Assembly: GCA_024181965.1 (NCBI GenBank) | Contig: BQXS01011151.1 | Coordinates: 1-34,777, forward strand | Direction: 5' to 3' | DNA: 34,777 nt | DNA from: Aduncisulcus paluster | Taxonomy: Eukaryota | Shown: positions 10,701 to 21,651 of the stretch, in pieces | How the letters are laid out: each line of letters starts with the position of its first letter | Position numbering within the stretch: the stretch's first letter is position 1 | Translations under genes and position numbers: made by a program | Notes under the pieces: model-generated | What the model was told of the DNA's origin: nothing | Databases searched by the model: none | Seen by the model: the letters and a program-made list of their open reading frames with translations, nothing else

Positions 10701-12602
10701 GAGATGGTTCCGACACATATCCATTCCTGCTCTTCTTCTTCATCCAATGTCTATGTATGTAATGAATGTAGGGAGATGACCGATGTAGAGGAAAAACTCG
10801 GTGTTCTTATGAACAAATGGGGTTTATACGTGTCAGGAATCAATCCAAATGATATTGAAACTCAACTCCAACTTGGATTATTGCCACACACGCCTCTCAC
10901 TCCCCACACACCTCTCACTGCCCAAGCCAGAAGACATCTCTCAACTCCGCCCCACGTGCGTAAGCGTGTTATGAGTGCTAAGGGACTGAGAAGACCAATG
11001 ACAGGAATATCGAACAATATCGTGCAAGAGAGAAGGCGAATTATTTCATCAAAATCACCAGCTATGTCAAGAAGAACCCCAAGGAAAGGTGGTTCTTCAG
11101 GGTCCTTTTATATGAGATCTAGAGCCACTCGCTCGAGGTCTGGCCCAGCCGCCTCTCCACATATGTCCTCTGACTCTCTTCCTCCCCAATTTCAGGAAGA
11201 AATGATGGCTCAGAACCCTGAACTCATCCCCTTGCGTGCTGCTGATGTCATTGCTGCCGATAATAGTTCGTTATTCCTTCGTTGCTGCGTGTACATGCAT
11301 GCTCTGTACAACTTCCCCTTTACATCCTGGAGTGATACTCTTGGAGATGGAACTGATCAAATTCCGGCATTGTTCCTTGAAATGGCTTTATTTGGTCGTA
11401 ACATAAGTATTCCAATTACACGCCAACTGCGGTTTGCAATTGAAAAAATGACTGAAAAAAAGAAAGAAGAGGAGGAAATGAAAAGGAAAAAGGAAGCCGA
11501 AGTTGGAGGTAATACTCCAACTGAAAACGAGGATCTTGATAGTTTTGATGGTGCTACCGGGTTTAAAGAGAAAGTTATCAAAACCGTGGAGGATGCTTTG
11601 TCGTCTCCTGACGTTATTCCTGATCAACAAAGGTCTAAAAATATCACTCAAGGTTCTCAGCACACTCCTGTTGCAGCCTCTGGCGCCAGTGATTCTCTTA
11701 AAGCTGAAGAAGGAGATGTTGGAGGAGACGAGGAAGTGACGCAGGAGGGACGAGACAAGAATGAAAATGATGAAGATTATGCTGACACGACAGCTGAGTC
11801 AAGCGATGACCTTATTGATTTGGTTTTCCTTCCTCTCAAAGAACTTCGTGCTTCTTCATTCATTTCCTCCGAGGGTGATGTTAAAGAGTTCTGCAAGGTC
11901 CATTCTAGCATCATTATAAAACTTGTGGCCAGATCCCATCTCGATCTGGGTTCTCACAGTAAGAAGACATATCGCACCTTGCGTGACGAGGAAGCTGGTA
12001 CACCTGGTGCTTTGGCTGATCCTGTGTGGGAGAGTGAACTTGGATCATTCGTGGTTCCTGCTTCTGCTCTCACACAAGGTCTCACTGAGGTCCTGTGTGA
12101 TTTTGTTCCTGCTCTCCAGTACAACCAACCAATGCTCTCTGATCTTCTTCGAAGGTGTACATTACGTCTGTTAATTGGTGTTGCCCCCACTGGTGTGGTT
12201 GAAATGGGTGCCAGGGATGCCTTGGTTACACCATTGTATGCCCACAGTGTCACTGAGTCTTTGAAACTCAGTGATCCCTCAACAGCAACTATTTCAGCCC
12301 CCTGTGTGTACCGTCCTCTTCCTCGCTCTTCCCTTGTCTGTCCATTTGACCCATTACCAGAGTTTTGGATGAGTGGAATTGCCACGTTGTGTGATAGAGA
12401 TGTTCAGATTTCTGATGGCAGTCTCCCTCAGTTTATGTTGGCTGGGAAACTCAAGGATGATCAGTTGCAGAGTGAGTTTGAGAAAGAGAGAGAGAGGGAA
12501 GAGATGTTTGATGAGAGTCAACAGATGCTGATTGAGGAGGATGAAGGTAAGGATGGAGATTTCTTGGATGAAGTGCCTCCACCTGTTGATCTGGGAGTCT
12601 AG
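7716..12602 (+). CDS. ~1600 aa hypothetical protein; exon 1 7716..7730 (MNDKS), intron 7731..7805, exon 2 7806..12602
   Basis: 4.8 kb open frame with only a TTG start in the track. ATG AAT GAT AAA AGT|GTATGT...TTCTCAG|AAG splices in frame (phase 0). Contains coiled-coil/charged tracts and a CxxC...CxxC pair (10611-10622, 10758-10769). Confidence 0.85.
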
Positions 12603-13444
12603 ATAATAATTGGATAGATCTAGTACACTGTCGTGGAGTGTGAGTTGTATTTAAGGTTGTATTGTATTGTCCATTGGGTGTCAAAGTTCAGGGTATTATT
12701 TCTTTCTTATACGTTCGTGAGTCTCTAATTTCAGGGAGTTTATTAAAATTTCAAATTTTAAATTTGATATGGAATCTTTTTTACACCTGAAATCTTGAAG
12801 ATTGTTGTTTATTAAATGTTGACTTTTCGTTGACTTATAGTTGACTTTTTGATCCTCATTATTTATTAAATCTCAAGGAATTCAACAACGAACTCCATGA
12901 CACAGGTTCAATTGATCCTTGAATTAGACTCTAATTATTAGAGCCAATAACTCATTCAGAAACAATGACCACCCAAAAAGGCACTGGGGGAAAAACCCAC
13001 CAAAATGAGAAATTGTTTTTCAAAACGGTTGAGGATATCCAATATTTTCATACAACAAAAAAAGGCAAAAAGGTGTGATCAGTAGATTCTAAACGGCAGT
13101 AAAAATGATAATTTGTCTGTTCAGTTTCGAAGTAACTTTTGATCATTCGAGAAGATAGATAAAAAGGAGAATAGAGTCTTTCCATTTGTAAAAAGTTTGC
13201 AAGTGGAAAAGAAAGGGAAGTAAAAACAAATTGAATATTAAAAAAAAAAAAAAAAAAAAAAAATGAACAGTATAAAAAAATATTGAATCTCAGAAATAAG
13301 ATCTGTTCAAACGGTAAGTACAAAAAATAAAAAATGAATTCTATTGCATTATTCTATACAAAAAGGGGAAAATTGTAAAGAAAAATGTTTCGAGATTCTA
13401 CATAAACCACAAGTCAAATTTAATTCCAATACTTATATATAAGC

Positions 13445-15642
13445 TTAAAGATCTATAGTACAAATAAAAGTTCCATCATCTTGGCGATCACTATCGTCCT
13501 TCCAATGACCTAGATTACAACAGCCTAAAAATAGAAAGTGAGAAAGATGTGAAGAAAAAAAATAAGTCAATAATGGAATATATAAAAATCAATCATAAAA
13601 TACTAATAAATAAACATACATTGGCTAATATTCGTAGAAACACTTATCCAAGCGTCAGAAGCGCTGTAGTACATTTCTTCATCCTTTAGTAGGCAAGAGA
13701 TATCGTAGCCGAGAGGAATGGAGAGGAACCAGGCGAAATTATCGTAGAAATAGTTCTTGAACAGAGCGTCAAGGTAGAAAGCGGAAGTAATTGAAATGAG
13801 AACAGAATATTTCGAGAGATCGTCATCATTGTTAGTAGTCGTTGTGGGATTGTTTGGATTATCGAAATAAGCAAAGTTATCCAGACTGCTGAAAGCTTGA
13901 ACAAGATTAAGATATACGTGGTCAGAGATTAAAATACCCTTGAAATTCATGGTAGCGATGAAGGATTTGGCAAACACAAGAGTGCCATCGTCAGAATTCA
14001 GGCNNNNNNNNNNNNNNNNNNNNATGGAGAGGAACCAGGCGAAATTATCGTAGAAATAGTTCTTGAACAGAGCGTCAAGGTAGAAAGCGGAAGTAATTGA
14101 AATGAGAACAGAATATTTCGAGAGATCGTCATCATTGTTAGTAGTCGTTGTGGGATTGTTTGGATTATCGAAATAAGCAAAGTTATCCAGACTGCTGAAA
14201 GCTTGAACAAGATTAAGATATACGTGGTCAGAGATTAAAATACCCTTGAAATTCATGGTAGCGATGAAGGATTTGGCAAACACAAGAGTGCCATCGTCAG
14301 AATTCAGGCCTCTGAGGTTGATGACAACAGAGTCATACTCGATAGAAAAGCCATCGGCCGCAATAGAGGTGATAACGGGAACGACGGGAGGCAGATCAAG
14401 ATCAAAGAAGGCCCAATCAACCTCCAAATCACAGCCTGCGCAGTCCAAAAGCTCAGGAATCCCCAGGGAGGTGTACGTATCTGCCTCGAATATAACAGAG
14501 GTGGGATCTATCCGTTCATACTGTTTACGTTGCCCACAGCCCAGTCTCTCACCAACGCAGACAGTCTTATATTTAGAGGCGAAGAATTCATTACGCTTAC
14601 TCCACCACAGGCGATCTATCACGAACTGTTGATATAAGTCATTCGTAAGAACCGCAGGAGTGAGAAAAACGGACACATCATTGCCAGCGAGGATGTCAGG
14701 CATTGTGGGATAGTAGAATGGGTCGTCTTCGAGAGTGAGAGGGTTTAAAAAATACTTGGGGTACTCAGGAACATCATGCTTGTTGGATAATTTCTGAGTA
14801 TGGGTGCTGAAGTTTGTGAGAACCATAAAATCGTCAGAAATAGTAACATCTCCAGCGGCTGAAGAATAAAAGTATGTATGGTTATGTGTGGGGAAATTAT
14901 ATCCAATTCCACTCATTGGGCTGTCCAAGGCCTCATCAACGGCTTCTTGGAAGGTATTGGAGAGTAATTCGGTGATTATAGGGGTTAGAGTGGTTGTTAG
15001 GAAGTTGGTCAAGGTAGCGATGATTGGATCAACATACCCAAGGAAATCAATCGAAAACTCGCCAATAGAAAACTTAAGGCCGTTTAATGTTAACCAATAG
15101 ACATATCCACACCCATCATCATCTCCACATCTATGGTCACTGGTGTCAGGCTTGGTCTCCCAAACAGCTGTTCCTGTGGCACTCAAGTCTTGAACAGTAA
15201 TCATAGCAGAACCACTAGCACTTGAATATGGAAAAGTTAAAAGTTTTAATGAATAATCAAGGGACATTACTAACCCAGCACCACCCATAGTGGCGAAAAG
15301 AGAATGGGAGGAAGGGATAAAACTAAGAACAATATCCTCGGTCGGCCAGAAAGTAAATGAGTCTACAGCAATATTTTCAAAAGTAATTTCTCCTTTTCCG
15401 ATACCAGCATCGAAATCCACAGAAATATCATCGATTTGTAAATCATTGATTAAGGCAACCGTAGGAGGCTTTAAACCAACAACAACGAGATCATAAATCC
15501 CTTGTTTTGTCAGGGTTGTCTTAAAAGTCGCTCCAGGAAGAACCATATCGGCTAGAGCTGAATGAATTAACCAAAATGCAATAATAATGCAATATAACAG
15601 ATGAGATAAGAGAATATGAAGGTTCGAACATGACCACAACAT
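13445..15642 (-). CDS. BPI/LBP (TULIP)-like secreted lipid-binding protein, paralog 1; exons 15642..13620 and 13524..13445
   Basis: Signal-peptide-like N-terminus, then TLTKQGIYDL...LQIDDISVDFDAGIGKGEITFENIAV...PYSSASGSA, the BPI N-domain pattern. The track's CMFIY* end begins with a GTATGT donor. Splicing to TTTTAG at 13525 gives CCCNLGHWKDDSDRQDDGTFICTIDL*, homologous to the paralog's RRDDGTTYC end. Internal gap duplication present. Confidence 0.8.
13718..14309. repeat. Gap-flanking duplication 13718..14003 / 14024..14309 (assembly artefact)
   Basis: 286 bp direct duplication either side of N20 at 14004-14023. Confidence 0.9.
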
Positions 15643-16343
15643 CAAATTAAAAATTAATTGTCAGCAAAATGCTTACTTGGCAGTAAATAGAAAAGGTAAT
15701 CGAGAAATTGAAGGTTTTACGCAATAATTCCATAAAAGAAGGTAATTTTGAAAAATATTTTATTGTTTGTTTTAAAATTAAATTTCACTTGTCACGTATT
15801 ATGAGGGTCAGAAGCTGAAATCACCTCTCCGTTGATTACAAAAATGGAATGAGATCTAGATCAAATCATCACAAAAAATGGCCTGACAAAATGTGACTAA
15901 AAACTTAATTTCGCCCTAATTAAAATATGATCTTTTATTTGAAGAGAAAACATGATGATATTGTCCCTTTTTTTCGGTGGTTTGAAGAAAAAAAAAAAGA
16001 TGGCTTTGTTTGAGTCCGGCAGATATTTATATTTATTTTTATATTTGCTTTCATTTCGCAAGTGAAGTTATGCTATTATAATTGAGAAGTGTGAGTTCCC
16101 CTTTTCTTCATATCCGAAGATAATCCTTATTTCGTTTCTACATCCAACTTGTTCACCAGGAAATACAATGAGATCTAATTGTATTTCTCTTGGAAAAGTT
16201 TTGGATAAAATAATTAGAATTATTAAATTCACTCGGTCTGGAATGTCACATGAAATTCATGTCATGAATCGTGTTACGTGATCAGTTAGCACCTCAAAAA
16301 CTCTTGATTTCGGTTATTTTTCGGAGGAAATATCGAAAATATA

Positions 16344-17987
16344 ATGATCTTTTTAAATTTATTCTTTATTTTTGTCTTTTGTTTGATATCTTTTGCTCTA
16401 TCTGGGTCTTGGGAACGTTTCTCCTCGCCATCATACGTTCCTCATGCTAGACACTCATCTTTTTTTGCTCATGTTGAAGATTACGCAACAAATGATACTT
16501 TTTTGGGGGATTTTTTCATTTTTGGTGGTCGTGAATCTAGTTGGGGTTCTTTCTTATCTGATGTTATTTTTTATCGGATTGATGAGGATAAATGGGTAGA
16601 TTGTATTTTATCTGATGATTCTGATGGTCCGTCGGATCGATATCACGGCTCTACTGGTTTCTTTGGTTCCTCTATCGTTCTTTTTGGTGGATCCATCTAC
16701 AATGATGATGATACTAAGACTTCTTATGATGAAACTTGGATATTACATCTTGATTCTAGCATTAACGACAATGATGATGCTGAGAATAGCAGTGATGATG
16801 CAGATTCTGATAATGAAACAGCAAACACTGTTTCCAGTGATGATACCGATAGCAATAGTGATGAAACAACAACTTCTAAATCATATATATGGAATCTCTT
16901 GGATGTAGGCGAATCAGATCGCCCTTCTGCTCGAGCCGGTGCTGGTAATGTTGTGATTGGTGATAATATGTATATATATGGTGGAAGAAATTCAAATGAT
17001 GTTTCCAACGCGTCATCTGCGGAAGATTCTCAGTATCTCAATGACATGTGGAAATATAATGTAGTTTCAAATTCATGGGAGGAAATTGATCTCGATCTTA
17101 CAACCCAAGTGACTCCTGGCTATCGTTATGGTCATTTAATGTTCTCAACATCATTTAAGAGTGAAAATAATCAAAAGAATATTATATTGTTTGGTGGAAG
17201 AAGATATTATTCCGTTTCAGAAGAAAAAAAGGGGATTTTCTTCAATGATGTATATTTATTCAACACAACCTCGGAAACATGGGAGTGTCTTTTCGAAAAT
17301 GTTATTTCCACCAATGTTTGGAGAGAATACGATGCTCCGATGCCCAGATATTTGTCTCACGGTGGAATCATTTCCTCTGGGAATAAGGATTATATGGTAA
17401 TGTTTGGTGGAAAATATTGGGATTCTGTCAATGGTCATATTGATTTCGATGATTTGTGGGTCTTTTCTGTGGAAGACTCTGAATGGAAAATCCGTCAGAA
17501 AGGAACAATCCAAGAAATATTTGATTCCATGTCGACTTCGCAGGTTGTGAGTAGCATTTTCGAAGGAGATGACCATGATTATGTAACAACTGAATCTATT
17601 GATGTGAAAAGCTTGGAAAATTTGGAATTGGTGATTCTCAATGAAATTGATGAGATCAAAGAATCCTTAGTCTTGTCAACGAATTCACAAGAATCACCTT
17701 CTGCCCGTTATGGAGCTGCATTCTATACAAAAGATAATTATATGTATCTCTTTGGTGGAGTTCATGGGCATGCTGAAGATGAAATCACAGTATATAATGA
17801 TTTCTGGCGAACAGACATGAACAATTATATGTCAACCATGACTACCCCTATTTTAATTATGTTAATAGGACTATTTGCTGTTTTGACAGGAATCATCTTG
17901 GTCATAATTTGTACTACCCGAAAACTGAAATCAAAAATGGAATACTCGAGAATGTGGGAACCTTTGGCATTATCCTCCCCTAATTAA
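16344..17987 (+). CDS. Kelch-repeat type I membrane protein (signal peptide, extracellular Kelch propeller, one TM, short tail)
   Basis: Repeats FIFGGR, VLFGGS, YIYGGR, ILFGGR, VMFGGK, YLFGGV, each preceded by P.aR..h motifs and followed by nD.W. N-terminal hydrophobic signal and C-terminal TM ILIMLIGLFAVLTGIILVII followed by RKLK. Confidence 0.9.
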   Translation: MIFLNLFFIFVFCLISFALSGSWERFSSPSYVPHARHSSFFAHVEDYATNDTFLGDFFIFGGRESSWGSFLSDVIFYRIDEDKWVDCILSDDSDGPSDRYHGSTGFFGSSIVLFGGSIYNDDDTKTSYDETWILHLDSSINDNDDAENSSDDADSDNETANTVSSDDTDSNSDETTTSKSYIWNLLDVGESDRPSARAGAGNVVIGDNMYIYGGRNSNDVSNASSAEDSQYLNDMWKYNVVSNSWEEIDLDLTTQVTPGYRYGHLMFSTSFKSENNQKNIILFGGRRYYSVSEEKKGIFFNDVYLFNTTSETWECLFENVISTNVWREYDAPMPRYLSHGGIISSGNKDYMVMFGGKYWDSVNGHIDFDDLWVFSVEDSEWKIRQKGTIQEIFDSMSTSQVVSSIFEGDDHDYVTTESIDVKSLENLELVILNEIDEIKESLVLSTNSQESPSARYGAAFYTKDNYMYLFGGVHGHAEDEITVYNDFWRTDMNNYMSTMTTPILIMLIGLFAVLTGIILVIICTTRKLKSKMEYSRMWEPLALSSPN

Positions 17988-18284
17988 TAGAAAATTGAAT
18001 GATGGGTACTTTTTAATCAATTTTATCTTCGAATAAAATTATCTCTTGACAATTAGTCCCCTTATTATTATTTGTTGCTTTTTCTTGACCCATAGGTTAT
18101 TTATTTGGATTATTATGAATTAATTGTATAAATTTGATACTTTGTAGATCTTTTCAATTGTTTTTTATCTGTAATTAATAACCCTTGCCGCATCACTAAG
18201 CTTGCGAATGATTTCTCTTGAAACATTCAGTTGTTGGTTTGTTTATGATTTAATTAATATCATCGTTTATAATATTAGAATTTG

Positions 18285-20497
18285 ATGATTGATACTCGAC
18301 ATTCGTCGTCTGTTCCTTTGTTTATTTCGGTTGAAGACATTGTAATACAGGACAATCCAAAATCATGGAAAAGTCAATTTAAACGATTATCTTCACGATC
18401 TGAAATTATATCAACTCTGATTTGTGGTTTTATGTTCTTTTTAATAAGTTATACGATGACATTTATCAGTTGTGTCAATAATTTGGATGTAAAACATTTT
18501 ACTATCACTGACCGCATTTTTAATATTATTGAATTTCAGCCTTGGGCAGAGAAGATTCATAATTTGCCCCAATGGCTATTATACGCAATTGTATTGATTT
18601 GGTGTCTTTCTTTTTTGCCACAACGTGCCCTTCAATTTGTGCGAAGTGAATTTATAATTGCTTCATTTTTCTTCTTTTTTCGAGCTATTGGTTTTCTTTT
18701 GACTCCTCTCTCAATTCCTCTTGATTCTCCACATGCATGTCCTGGTTGTGTTAGTTCCGCATGGAATTGCATTCTTTGCCCATTTCGGTATGGTTTGGTA
18801 TTATTCCCATGAAAACAGATTTATTTTTTTCTGGTCATTCTNNNNNNNNNNNNNNNNNNNNATTATACGCAATTGTATTGATTTGGTGTCTTTCTTTTTT
18901 GCCACAACGTGCCCTTCAATTTGTGCGAAGTGAATTTATAATTGCTTCATTTTTCTTCTTTTTTCGAGCTATTGGTTTTCTTTTGACTCCTCTCTCAATT
19001 CCTCTTGATTCTCCACATGCATGTCCTGGTTGTGTTAGTTCCGCATGGAATTGCATTCTTTGCCCATTTCGGTATTGGTTTGGTATTATTCCCATGAAAA
19101 CAGATTTATTTTTTTCTGGTCATTCTGCATGTGCGTTGGTTCCGATTCTCTTGATTTATGATTGTTTTAAGCTTGTTCGTGAAGAATATGAGAACAGTAT
19201 TGTGTCATTAGAGAATTTAAGTGTTCTTCAGACACCCTTACACTCGTCACAATCCAGATCTTCCTCTGTGATTAAACAACAATCGGCACGCTATTCAAAT
19301 ATTCATGGGAAATTTTATTTCGATATTCAACATTTCGACTATTTCTTCACTTTTACAAAGTGCTGTCTCTATTTATGCTTTGTTCTATGGTTATTTCAGG
19401 CGATTCTATTAATTATATCGAGGAATCACTATTCTATTGATGTTTTTTATGGGATTATATGGGCAATCGCATCAAAATATGTTATCGAAAGAGTCGTTTT
19501 GCTTAATTGTATTCATCATTTGCTGTTCAAACACGATTTAGAGTCAAAAAACAAAATTATTCCTTCAAATGGACTTTCTCAGAGGCCTTTATTCAGTTCT
19601 AAAAATAGTAACAAGACAGGAAAGGGCGATGAAGATCAGTTCGAACCACCAACCTTGAAATTTCAGTTCTCTTCAGCTCCACCTCCTATGTTATGTACTC
19701 AAGGAAATGATAGTGGTTGTTCTAGTTTTGACTCTGAAGTTCTAAAAATAGAAACAGATTCAGACTCAGAATCAAAAGCAAAAGCCAAAAAGAAATGTGA
19801 TATTTGTGTTGAGAAAGAAGAGTACTCTCCCAACTGTAAGATTGATGGAGATTCTTCTGTAAGGGGGGGTAAAGGAGAGATTGTTTGTGGGAGTGATCAA
19901 AATGAGTCTTCTCAATTCGCTTCGTCCACTCAATCGTCTCTCAAATGTGGTGATTTTGGTTGTTCTGAACAAGATAAATCAGTGTCGAACCCCCAATGTA
20001 CTGATACTGATCATGTTGGAGAAGGTCTTGGAGTGATTCCTGAGTGTTCTTTGGATGATTTGTTCAGCCTCTCGAGGATACCTGATCAGAACTCCAGCGA
20101 GGAACAGCGTCTTCTCACTTCATCATTTTCAACAGGGAAATATGGACACTACGAGGGAGGAAGAGATGGTTTCTCTTCATCTTTGGGTGTGAGAGATCTT
20201 CACAAGAGCGATTCAAGAGTGTTGCCCCATGATGACAGTTCAGCTGTTAATAGGAAAGATGTAGTACAGTATAGTATCGAGGATAAAAGTGATGAAGAGG
20301 CTGTAGAACAACTTGATGATCATATTTCTATCATGCATCACCATCCTCCGCTAGTATATTCTCCAAAACGTGATGAAAGTTCTATTTTACGGAGTCATCA
20401 ACAAGCAGAAGTTTCTACTATTGATAATATTGCAATGAATATGTTGGTTATAGTATTTGGAGATATTAGGCATTTAATAATAAAATACTCCAAATGA
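18285..20497 (+). CDS. Sphingomyelin/IPC synthase-like phosphotransferase (PAP2 superfamily) with long C-terminal low-complexity tail
   Basis: Catalytic motifs DLFFSGH and SRNHYSIDV, upstream ITDRIF and FRAIGFLLTPL, and several TM helices. The two track ORFs are one gene split by the gap duplication. Confidence 0.85.
18578..19126. repeat. Gap-flanking duplication 18578..18841 / 18862..19126 (assembly artefact)
   Basis: Direct duplication around N20 at 18842-18861. The first copy lacks one T (GGTATGG vs GGTATTGG), which breaks the frame in that copy only. Confidence 0.9.
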
Positions 20498-20504
20498 AAT
20501 CATT

Positions 20505-20907
20505 GGATGACAACTTGTCAATTGGATCATTCAATTGGAAGTTCCAAACTTGATGAATCAGAAGTCAGGAAACTGATAGTACTGCACCATCAGGCTGTCA
20601 CCACCAGCACCCTTATTACTTCCGAGACGGAGCACAGAAGCCACCGTTAGCAACACGACCCAGAGACGTAGTCAAATGGGCATGTGCTATTCTCTTTCCA
20701 ATGGCAATAGCAGCCTTAGCAAAGAAGAATTTCAGACATGAACACAGAGTGTCCATGATGGACAGTCCATCAGTGGTGTGCATTTTCGTCTTGTTTCCAT
20801 AAGCCCTAGAGAAGGCAAGAAGGAAGTTGAGGGAACTGGGGTGGAATACTCCAGTGGTCGACAGAGAGATAGGGGTAACATTTAAGCGTCCCTGTGCTTC
20901 GATTTGT
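20505..20907 (-). mobile_element. 5'-truncated non-LTR retrotransposon fragment (RLE-type ORF C-terminus plus 3' UTR) flanked by a 10 bp TSD
   Basis: TGAAATCATT occurs at 20495..20504 and 20908..20917. The insert is visibly more GC-rich than its flanks. Minus frame 20906..20616 reads QIEAQGRLNVTPISLSTTGVFHPSSLNFLLAFSRAY...LKFFFAKAAIAIGKRI...RK*, with no 5' start codon. Confidence 0.7.
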
Positions 20908-20925
20908 TGAAATCATTCCATTTCA

Positions 20926-21651
20926 TCTATTATCAACATTCAAATGAATAAAAAATAAAATCATAATGATCATTTGATTTGTATCGTGTATTGTAGCCAC
21001 AGCCGGCAGCGATAACGTTTCAAACAAACCCACAAAGAGCATTTTTTTCTATTGTTATTTCTGAACAGAGATTATTTTTTTTGTATATATCATGTACCGA
21101 TATTCTCTTTTTAATTATTTTCTTTTGATTTTTCTTTTGATTTTTTCTATTCATTTGAAATCATCGCAATGTGTTTATTATGCCGGAGATGATGGGCAAT
21201 ATGGAGGACAGGCTGGAATTCTCATGACTTTTACAACAGATACTATGAGAGAGATAGTGTTCATTGGTCTTCAGTATGNNNNNNNNNNNNNNNNNNNNTC
21301 TATTATCAACATTCAAATGAATAAAAAATAAAATCATAATGATCATTTGATTTGTATCGTGTATTGTAGCCACAGCCGGCAGCGATAACGTTTCAAACAA
21401 ACCCACAAAGAGCATTTTTTTCTATTGTTATTTCTGAACAGAGATTATTTTTTTTGTATATATCATGTACCGATATTCTCTTTTTAATTATTTTCTTTTG
21501 ATTTTTCTTTTGATTTTTTCTATTCATTTGAAATCATCGCAATGTGTTTATTATGCCGGAGATGATGGGCAATATGGAGGACAGGCTGGAATTCTCATGA
21601 CTTTTACAACAGATACTATGAGAGAGATAGTGTTCATTGGTCTTCAGTATG
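20926..21651. repeat. Gap-flanking duplication 20926..21278 / 21299..21651 (assembly artefact)
   Basis: 353 bp direct duplication around N20 at 21279-21298. It creates a false second copy of BPI paralog 2 exon 1. Confidence 0.9.

Noticed and set aside
13240-13263. A24 run as a retroposon poly(A) tail
   Set aside because: No target-site duplication or element body found. Similar A/T runs occur in other intergenic regions.
13270-13322. U1 snRNA-like 5' end (TACTTACCG, minus strand)
   Set aside because: No U1 stem-loops, loop II motif or Sm site follow. It runs into a poly-T tract.
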